NCBI GenBank assembly: GCA_023247445.1 | Contig: JAHFGL010000002.1 | Location: 64,553 to 128,552, forward strand | DNA: 64,000 nt | Origin: Candidatus Omnitrophota bacterium | GTDB lineage: Bacteria; Omnitrophota; Gorgyraeia; Zapsychrales; Zapsychraceae | Direction of reading: 5' to 3' | Shown here: positions 56,910-64,000 of the stretch, one piece after another | How the letters are laid out: the number at the start of each line of letters is the position of its first letter | Position numbering within the stretch: position 1 is the first letter of the stretch | The notes under the pieces: model-generated | Told to the model about the DNA's origin: nothing | The model's database searches: none | What the model saw: only the letters and a program-made list of their open reading frames with translations | Made by a program: the position numbers and the translations under genes

Positions 56910-57248
56910 ATGATTAAGAAAAATATTCTATTTATAGCGTTTATGTTTATTGCCACAGCGGTCTCAGCTGAAGAGAGCGTTTTTACCTACAATGATCACG
57001 GCAAGCGTGATCCTTTTTGGATTTTGGTCAATTCTGGTGGAGCGGTTCTTAATTACGATACAGATTATTTGATTGCCGATTTAACTCTTGAAGGAATTAC
57101 GATGGGTGCCAATGGTGATAATGTGGCCATTATTAATGGCCGAGTTGTAAAAATTAATGATACGATTGGTCAGTATATTGTTTCAAAAGTTAATAAAGAT
57201 TCTGTAACCCTCACAAAGGGGCAGGAAACATTTGAATTGAAATTATAA
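56910..57248 (+). CDS. PilP-like protein
   Basis: Signal peptide, KRDPF motif, LEGI...AIING; between pilO and pilQ; no lipobox Cys. Confidence 0.7.
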   Translation: MIKKNILFIAFMFIATAVSAEESVFTYNDHGKRDPFWILVNSGGAVLNYDTDYLIADLTLEGITMGANGDNVAIINGRVVKINDTIGQYIVSKVNKDSVTLTKGQETFELKL

Positions 57249-57265
57249 TTAGGAGGATTTGTCTC

Positions 57266-58648
57266 ATGAAAAAATGGACTATTTTGTTTTTCGTAGTGCT
57301 AGGCTTAGCCTTTACGATTGTCCACGCACAGAATGAAACTAATTCACAAGTGATGGCAGAGTCATCGTCATCCACGGATGAAGCGGTATCAGCACCGCCC
57401 GCTATGGCAGAAAATGTTTCGATAACCAAAGAAGGAAATGTGAGTTTAGATTTTCGTGAGGCCGACATAAAAAATGTTTTACAAATTTTATCTTTTAAAA
57501 GTGGAATAAATATTGTCGCCAGTCCAGATGTCACAGGAATGGTAACGATTCAACTTAATGATGTTCCCTGGCAGCAAGCACTAGATGTTATTTTGCAAAC
57601 GTACGGTTACGCTTATGAGAAAAAGGGCAATGTTATTTTTGTTACAACGGTTGAAAATTTAAAAAAACGTCGAGATGATTCAGCAAGCTTGGCTGAACAG
57701 GAACCACTTGACACAGAAACATTTATCCTCAATTTTGCTAAAGCTTCCGATATCATTACCTCCGTTGAAAAAATGAAGTCAGATCGAGGGACGATTAATT
57801 TTGATCAACGCACGAACACAATTATTATCACGGATACACCTAAGAAAATTGAATTAATGGGAAAAGTGGTAAAAACTTTAGATACAACAACCCCACAAGT
57901 TCTTATTGAAGCAAAAATTGTTGAAACAACCTTTTCAGATACAGACAATCTTGGGGTTGATTGGTTAACTAAAGTGACGGTCAGTGGTGCAAAACGTGCT
58001 TCACAATTTCCATTTACCACGCATTCATCTAATAAATATCTCGAAGATAATGACATCCCGGTTGCGACAGAAACCGACTTTGAATATGGAACTTTAGATT
58101 TTAATCAAGTGCAGGCGGTTTTTGAGGCACTAAAGACTAAGAGTGATACGAATATTCTTTCTAGCCCGCATGTTGTGACTCAGGATAATAAGGCGTCGAC
58201 AATTGTTGTCGGTAGTCAGTATCCTATCCCAACATATACATTTAACGAAGAGCAAGCCCGTCTTCAGGTTTCGGGTTGGGAATATAAAGATATTGGGATT
58301 ATTTTTAACGTGACACCACACGTTAGCTCGGCTGGGTTTGTAACATTAGATGTTGAACCAAAGATTACAGCGATTTTGGATTTCGTAACTGTTGAAAATA
58401 CTTCACTGCCTCGACTCAGTAATGAATCAGCGAAAACAACCGTGATGGTCAAAGACGGAGAAACACTTGTCATTGCAGGGTTGGTTAAAAGTCAGAAGAC
58501 AGATACGAAAAAGAAAATTCCTTTCTTAGGTGATGTCCCCATTCTGGGATACGCCTTTCAGAAGTCTGAGGTCTCAACGACTAAAACGGATATGATGGTG
58601 TTTTTGACACCACACATCGTTACCCCCGAAATTCCCTCAACAAAGTAA
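57266..58648 (+). CDS. pilQ: Type IV pilus secretin PilQ
   Basis: SLDFREADIKNVL, VPWQQALDVIL, DQRTNTIII, QVLIEAKIVE, KIPFLGDVPILGYAF. Confidence 0.9.
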   Translation: MKKWTILFFVVLGLAFTIVHAQNETNSQVMAESSSSTDEAVSAPPAMAENVSITKEGNVSLDFREADIKNVLQILSFKSGINIVASPDVTGMVTIQLNDVPWQQALDVILQTYGYAYEKKGNVIFVTTVENLKKRRDDSASLAEQEPLDTETFILNFAKASDIITSVEKMKSDRGTINFDQRTNTIIITDTPKKIELMGKVVKTLDTTTPQVLIEAKIVETTFSDTDNLGVDWLTKVTVSGAKRASQFPFTTHSSNKYLEDNDIPVATETDFEYGTLDFNQVQAVFEALKTKSDTNILSSPHVVTQDNKASTIVVGSQYPIPTYTFNEEQARLQVSGWEYKDIGIIFNVTPHVSSAGFVTLDVEPKITAILDFVTVENTSLPRLSNESAKTTVMVKDGETLVIAGLVKSQKTDTKKKIPFLGDVPILGYAFQKSEVSTTKTDMMVFLTPHIVTPEIPSTK

Positions 58649-58699
58649 GGATATTTTAGATATCCTTTCATGAAATCCACAGAATAAAAGAGGTGTATT

Positions 58700-60013
58700 G
58701 TGCCTAGGGAAATTCTTATTCAGATTCAAAAGGGCGAATGCCAAGTTGCCATTATTGAACATGGCCACGTTGATGACTTCTTTATTGAAGCGGATCGTTA
58801 TCAATCACTTTTAGGGAATATTTATAAGGGAAAAGTCGAATCGATTTTGCCATCAATTAATGCCGCCTTTGTTAATATCGGCCAACCGCGTAATGGATTT
58901 CTTTATTTGACGGATTCCGTTAGTCCAGAGATGGAAGAAGAGGCCCGACCTCCTCGACGATTTCTAGAAAAAATATTTAAAAAACCTAAAAAGGTTGAAG
59001 ATAAATCGAGGCATGCTAAAAAGCCGCAGGGAGATATTGCTTTTACCGTTGGTCAAGAAATTCTTGTTCAGGTGGTTAAAGATCCATTTGGCGAAAAAGG
59101 AGCGCGATTAACAACGCATGTTTCTTTACCTGGACGTTTTGTTGTCTACATGCCTTTTGATAAACAAACCGGAGTTTCTAAAAAGATTGATAATGTCGAG
59201 GAGCGACAAAGATTGCGTGAAGTTATTAAAGGTTTTACATTCGCTAGTGCGGGAGGTTTTATTATCCGTACCGCATCATCCAAACAGGGCAAGAATGAAC
59301 TTATCCGTGACGCCAAATTTCTTTATAAGCTTTGGGAAAAAATTTATAAAAAATTTGAACAGGAAAAAGCCCCAGCGCTAATTTATGAAGAAGGGGAACT
59401 AACCTGGAAGATTGTTCGTGATTGTTTGACGGATAAGGTTGATCAATTGATTATCGATTCTGCTGAAGAATGTGAGAAGATTAAAAAATTTGTTCATACG
59501 TTAATTGGCCCAGAGATGGTGCAGAAGATTCATCATTATAAAGGTGATGTGCCGTTATTTGAGGCTAAACATGTGGCGAAGGAGCTGAGCAAGATTTATG
59601 AGCCGAATGTTTATTGTAAATCTGGGGCGTATGTCGTTATTGAGCAAACGGAAGGACTCACTGTCGTTGACGTTAATAGCGGAAAATTTAAGCCCAAGGC
59701 TTCTCCTGAAGATGCTGCGTTTATGGTAAATATGGAAGTTGTTCCCGAAATTGCTCGGCAACTACGATTACGCGATTTAGGCGGCATTATTGTGATTGAT
59801 TTTATTGATATGTCACGCGATGATCACAAACGAAAAGTTTATGAATCGCTACAGCGATCGCTTTCGCGAGATCCCGCGAAAACAGAAGTTTACCGAATTT
59901 CGCCTTTAGGGATTGTAGAGATGACGCGCGCCCGAACCGGGAAAACCATTGAATCGATGTATTTTGGTCCTTGTCCTTACTGCGATGGTCGTGGTCGGGT
60001 TAAGTTTGCGTAG
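58700..60013 (+). CDS. rng: Ribonuclease G/E family
   Basis: GNIYKGKV, AAFVNIG, VQVVKDP..KGARLT, VDVNSGK, RLRDLGGIIVIDFIDM, CPYCDGRG. Confidence 0.9.
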   Translation: MPREILIQIQKGECQVAIIEHGHVDDFFIEADRYQSLLGNIYKGKVESILPSINAAFVNIGQPRNGFLYLTDSVSPEMEEEARPPRRFLEKIFKKPKKVEDKSRHAKKPQGDIAFTVGQEILVQVVKDPFGEKGARLTTHVSLPGRFVVYMPFDKQTGVSKKIDNVEERQRLREVIKGFTFASAGGFIIRTASSKQGKNELIRDAKFLYKLWEKIYKKFEQEKAPALIYEEGELTWKIVRDCLTDKVDQLIIDSAEECEKIKKFVHTLIGPEMVQKIHHYKGDVPLFEAKHVAKELSKIYEPNVYCKSGAYVVIEQTEGLTVVDVNSGKFKPKASPEDAAFMVNMEVVPEIARQLRLRDLGGIIVIDFIDMSRDDHKRKVYESLQRSLSRDPAKTEVYRISPLGIVEMTRARTGKTIESMYFGPCPYCDGRGRVKFA

Positions 60014-60028
60014 GGTTGATTTCGAAAT

Positions 60029-60101
60029 TGTCATGCCCGAATGTTTTAATCGGGCATCCAGTTTTGTTCTCGCTTAGATCCCCACTTTCGTGGGGATGAC
60101 A
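60029..60101. repeat. REP-like palindrome, GTCATSCCCG class
   Basis: tgtcatgcccgaatgttttaatcgggcatcc...gatccccactttcgtggggatgaca. Confidence 0.85.
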
Positions 60102-60212
60102 GAGGCCAGGGTGAAAATAAATGTTGAAAAAACAGTCGAAATCAATTACATTAAGGCTTCTATTAAAAGGGACTTTTAGACGAATTTAAGTAGGTAAATC
60201 CAGGAGGTTATT

Positions 60213-60524
60213 ATGTTTGCTGTTGTTAAAGTGGGATCTTCCCAATACAAAGTTAAAGAAGGCGATACAATCGATACGTGTCGACTTAGTGAAGAAGAAG
60301 GTAATACAGTTACTCTTGATCAGGTCTTGATGGTAGCTAGCGAAAAGGATGTTCGCGTTGGCCAACCATTCTTAAAAGATGCCAAGATTACAGCTAAAAT
60401 TGTTCGACATATTAAGGCTGCGAAGGTCATTGCTTTTAAATTTCGCGCGCGTAAACATTTCCGTAATAAAAAAGCGCATCGCCGGGCGCTGACGACGATC
60501 AATATTACCAAGATTTCTGCATAA
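60213..60524 (+). CDS. rplU: 50S ribosomal protein L21
   Basis: MFAVVKVGSSQYKVKEGD, VGQPFL, KVIAFKFRARK; SD aggaggt. Confidence 0.93.
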   Translation: MFAVVKVGSSQYKVKEGDTIDTCRLSEEEGNTVTLDQVLMVASEKDVRVGQPFLKDAKITAKIVRHIKAAKVIAFKFRARKHFRNKKAHRRALTTINITKISA

Positions 60525-60533
60525 AAGAATACC

Positions 60534-61514
60534 ATGATATTTGTTGATGAAGCCACAATCACTGTCAAAGCAGGCGATGGGGCCAAGGGCTGTGAAAGCT
60601 TCTATCGCGATTTGTATATGCGCTATCGCCGTCCTGATGGCGGAGATGGTGGCAGGGGCAGTGATATAATCTTCATGGCTGCCCGTGGTGTTCAAACCCT
60701 CCTCGATTTTAAAATCAAACAAAAATGTACAGCCTCAAGAGGCGGCAATGCCAGTAGCAGTAATAAAAAAGGAAAAGATGGCGCGCCTTGTATTTTGAAG
60801 GTCCCCGTTGGCACAATTATCCGCGATGCTGAAACAGGATTTTTAATTAAAGATTTATCGGCCGATACGCAATCGGTCATTGTTGCGCGCGGCGGAGCCG
60901 GCGGTCGTGGGAATAATAAAGGAAGAACAGTCACGCCACCGCAGCTCGGTGAACAGCGTCGCATTAAACTCGAATTAAAACTCATTGCTGATGTCGGTCT
61001 TGTTGGGTTTCCAAACGCTGGTAAATCAACACTCATTTCAAATATCTCGCGCGTTAAATCAAAGATCGCTAATTATCCGTTTACCACAAGACAGCCGATT
61101 TTAGGGATTGTCTATGTTGATGATTTTAGTTTTGTTGTTGCTGATTTACCTGGTATTATTGAAGGGGCACATCAGGGACGAGGATTGGGCGATCGATTTT
61201 TGCGCCACGCGGAACGGACAAAGGTTCTTGTCCATTTAATTGATATGGCTGGATCTGAAGGACGTGACCCACTTGATGATTACAAAAAGATTAATTACGA
61301 ATTAAAAGCGTACGCTGAAGAACTTTTTTATAAGCACAAAATTGTTGTGGCGAACAAAATGGATCTTGACGGTGCCCAGGAAAATTTAAAACGTTTTAAA
61401 AAGAAACATAGAATTAAGATTATCCCAATTTCCGCGATTGAAAAAGAAGGGCTAACGGAGTTGGTAGAAAAGATTAAGGATCTTTTGTGCAAAGAACATT
61501 CCCTAGAAAAATAA
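60534..61514 (+). CDS. obgE: GTPase Obg/CgtA
   Basis: FVDEA...AGDG, PDGGDGGRG, ADVGLVGFPNAGKST, YPFTT, DLPG, NKMD, ISA. Confidence 0.96.
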   Translation: MIFVDEATITVKAGDGAKGCESFYRDLYMRYRRPDGGDGGRGSDIIFMAARGVQTLLDFKIKQKCTASRGGNASSSNKKGKDGAPCILKVPVGTIIRDAETGFLIKDLSADTQSVIVARGGAGGRGNNKGRTVTPPQLGEQRRIKLELKLIADVGLVGFPNAGKSTLISNISRVKSKIANYPFTTRQPILGIVYVDDFSFVVADLPGIIEGAHQGRGLGDRFLRHAERTKVLVHLIDMAGSEGRDPLDDYKKINYELKAYAEELFYKHKIVVANKMDLDGAQENLKRFKKKHRIKIIPISAIEKEGLTELVEKIKDLLCKEHSLEK

Positions 61515-62575
61515 AACGAATTGTTATTAAGGTCGGCTCGAGCGTCATTGCAACCTACGCGATGAAGCCCAAGGTCGCGCACCTGCGTTCGTTGGTTAAA
61601 CAGATTTGTACGGTGCAGCGGCAGGGCATTGAAGTAATTTTGGTTAGTTCCGGCGCAATTGTCTTAGGAATGGGCGAATTAAATCAGCGCAAACGTCCGT
61701 CGGATTTGGCCTCACTGCAAGCGTTGGCGGCGATCGGTCAAACGGTTCTTATGCGGACGTATTCAGATTTGTTTAAGAAAAATAAATCCGGCTGCGCGCA
61801 GGTTCTCTTAACGTGGGAAGATTTTGATAACCGCGAACGATTTAATAATGCGAATAATACTTTTGGCGCGATTATTGAGCGCGGCATTGTGCCGGTTGTT
61901 AACGAAAATGACACAATCGCAACTGATGAGATTAAGTTTGGTGACAATGATCGTTTATCATCATTGGTAGCAAGTTTGGTCCACGCGGATTTGCTCCTTA
62001 TTCTTTCAGATGTCGAAGGTCTTTATGATTTGCGAACATCCGACAAAAAATTATTTGATGAAATTAAAGAGATTACCGCCGAGATTGAAGGCGTTGCTTC
62101 GGGTTCAACGAATAAGAATATTTCTAAAGGTGGGATGAGCGCGAAACTTAACGCGATAAAGATTGCGACGCACGCAAACGTTCCTTGTGTCATTGCTCAC
62201 GGAGAAACAGAGAATGTTTTGCTACGGATTTTAAAAGGTGACCGAATTGGAACATTTTTTATGGAACGCGAGGAAAAACTTATCGCGAAGAAGCATTGGA
62301 TTTCCTTTGGCTCGAAACCCAAAGGTTCTATTGTTATTGATGACGGTGCGCGAGAAGCTCTTTTAAAAGGCGGAAAGAGTTTACTTTTGCCAGGTGTCGT
62401 TTCCTGGGATGGACATTTTAAGGCGGATAGTGTGGTTGTCATTTATGATAAGAAGAGTCAGGAAATTGGTCGCGGATTAATTAACTACTCGACGGCTGAT
62501 TTATATAAAATTGAAGATAAAAAAGGTAAGCAAGAAGTTATCCACTGTGATAATTTAGTTTTGTCGCAGCGATAA
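61487..62575 (+). CDS. proB: Glutamate 5-kinase
   Basis: IVIKVGSS, VSSGA, VNEND, FGDNDRLS, GGMSAK, C-terminal PUA domain. Confidence 0.96.
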   Translation: MQRTFPRKIKRIVIKVGSSVIATYAMKPKVAHLRSLVKQICTVQRQGIEVILVSSGAIVLGMGELNQRKRPSDLASLQALAAIGQTVLMRTYSDLFKKNKSGCAQVLLTWEDFDNRERFNNANNTFGAIIERGIVPVVNENDTIATDEIKFGDNDRLSSLVASLVHADLLLILSDVEGLYDLRTSDKKLFDEIKEITAEIEGVASGSTNKNISKGGMSAKLNAIKIATHANVPCVIAHGETENVLLRILKGDRIGTFFMEREEKLIAKKHWISFGSKPKGSIVIDDGAREALLKGGKSLLLPGVVSWDGHFKADSVVVIYDKKSQEIGRGLINYSTADLYKIEDKKGKQEVIHCDNLVLSQR

Positions 62576-62581
62576 GCAGTT

Positions 62582-62659
62582 TGTCATCCCCGAATGCATT
62601 AATCGGGGATCTTAGCAAATTATTACTATTTCTGGATCCCCACTTTCGTGGGGATGACA
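62582..62659. repeat. REP-like palindrome, GTCATCCCCG class
   Basis: tgtcatccccgaatgcattaatcggggatc...gatccccactttcgtggggatgaca; right arm identical to that of the 60029-60101 copy. Confidence 0.85.
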
Positions 62660-62690
62660 GAATTGAATTAAATATAATCTAGGAAATAAT

Positions 62691-63956
62691 ATGAACGACC
62701 AACTAACACAAACAATTATAAAGATGGCGAAGGCAGCGAAGGTTGCTTCCTACCAAATGTCTTTAGTCAGCACTAAAGACAAGAATATGGCGCTACTAAA
62801 AATGGCCAAGGCGCTTATCGCTAATCAGAAATATTTAATTAGTGAAAATAAAAAGGATTTAGCCGCCGCGCAAAAGGAAAATTATTCCAAGGCCTTAATT
62901 GATCGTTTGACGCTCAATGAAAAGACGATTAAGGGGATGGCGCAGTGTTTGGTGGAAACAGCAGGGCTTAAAGATCCGGTGGGGGAGCTTTTGCGTACAA
63001 TCAAGCGTCCGAATGGACTGCTTATTAAAAAAGTTCGAACACCGATTGGCGTCGTCGGCATTATTTATGAATCACGGCCGAATGTCACTAGTGACTGCAT
63101 TGGACTATGTTTAAAATCAAGCAATGCGGTGATTTTAAAAGGTGGGCGCGAAGCCTTTTATTCAAACAACGCTATTTTTACCGTCCTAAAAAATGTTTTA
63201 AAGAAAACTAAGATTTCAGCTGAGGCGATTCAGTTAGTTGGTGTGACCGATCGTGAGGCCGTTAATATTTTGCTTAAGCAAGATGAGTTTGTGGATGTGA
63301 TTGTTCCACGCGGCGGCGAAGATCTCATTCGATTCGTTGTCGAAAATTCTACAATTCCAGTTATTAAGCATGCTAAAGGGCTTTGCACCATTTATGTCAG
63401 CGATAAAGCGGATTTAAAGATGGCTGAGAAAATTTGTTTTAACGCGAAAGTCCAAAAGCCTGGGGTTTGTAATGCCATGGAGACGATGCTTGTTAACGCG
63501 AAAGTTGCGAAGCGCTTTTTGCCTTTAATGATTAAGGAATTTCATGCGGCCGGTGTTGAAGTGCGCGGTTGTGAGCGGACACGTACTATTCTTAAAGGTC
63601 ACGTCAAACAAGCGACGGATCAAGATTTTGATACGGAATTTTTAGATTTAATTTTGGCGGTGAAAGTCATCGACAGTTTAAAAGACGCGATTGATCACAT
63701 TAACACACACGGCTCGCACCACTCTGATGCGATTGTGACTAAAGATAAAAAAGAAGCCGAAGCGTTTCTAAAGTCTGTCGATTCCGCAAGCCTTTATGTC
63801 AACGCCTCAACACGTTTTACCGACGGCTACGAATTTGGATTCGGCGCCGAGGTCGGTATCTCAACCGACAAACTCCACGCCCGTGGCCCAATGGGGTTGG
63901 AAGAATTAACCACCTATAAATATTTAGTTTATGGTAAGGGACAAATCCGCACGTAA
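62691..63956 (+). CDS. proA: Gamma-glutamyl phosphate reductase
   Basis: IIYESRPNV, LKGG, VPRGG, CNAMET, HSDAI, NASTRFTDG, GISTDKLHARGPMGL. Confidence 0.97.
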   Translation: MNDQLTQTIIKMAKAAKVASYQMSLVSTKDKNMALLKMAKALIANQKYLISENKKDLAAAQKENYSKALIDRLTLNEKTIKGMAQCLVETAGLKDPVGELLRTIKRPNGLLIKKVRTPIGVVGIIYESRPNVTSDCIGLCLKSSNAVILKGGREAFYSNNAIFTVLKNVLKKTKISAEAIQLVGVTDREAVNILLKQDEFVDVIVPRGGEDLIRFVVENSTIPVIKHAKGLCTIYVSDKADLKMAEKICFNAKVQKPGVCNAMETMLVNAKVAKRFLPLMIKEFHAAGVEVRGCERTRTILKGHVKQATDQDFDTEFLDLILAVKVIDSLKDAIDHINTHGSHHSDAIVTKDKKEAEAFLKSVDSASLYVNASTRFTDGYEFGFGAEVGISTDKLHARGPMGLEELTTYKYLVYGKGQIRT

Positions 63957-64000
63957 GTAAATTTTCATCAACATAAAGAAAAACGATGAATCCAAGTTTT

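Noticed and set aside
21420-62659. Palindromic repeats as a CRISPR array or integron attC sites
   Set aside because: Dispersed single copies with no repeat-spacer periodicity, no cas or intI gene, and no RYYYAAC/GTTRRRY ends

Overview
A gene-dense, fairly AT-rich 64-kb bacterial chromosome segment in which every credible gene lies on the + strand. The giant modular protein and the type IV pilus-rich gene content suggest Candidatus Omnitrophota (PVC superphylum); this is an inference. Housekeeping blocks: addA/addB, yggS-proC-mtnP-ileS-dksA-lspA-lgt-lgt-rluD, aroA, mreBCD-mrdA-rodA, and rng-rplU-obgE-proB-proA, which lacks rpmA. Two T2SS/type IV pilus loci: (1) ExeA-GspC-like-secretin at the left edge; (2) MshEN-PilB-PilB-MshEN-PilC, a c-di-GMP-I riboswitch, pilin and pilMNOPQ. 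Main leads: (a) a 2137-aa secreted protein built as N-terminal domain + unrelated cargo modules + GGID tail, in which junctions carry a D-x-A-M motif always coded GCG-ATG and two modules start with their own internal Tat or lipoprotein signal, a candidate secreted polyprotein/cassette system; (b) a small GIY-YIG nuclease nested in a REP-like GTCAT...ATGAC palindrome between addA and addB, with five gene-less palindromes of the same style elsewhere in the window; (c) a secretin with a sigma70 region-4-like HTH behind its signal peptide; (d) an EndoQ-like nuclease and a 2B-less UvrD helicase, both ending in a clamp-binding-like QLTLF; (e) an orphan terminator/antiterminator leader. All calls are by eye from motifs; no database searches were run.
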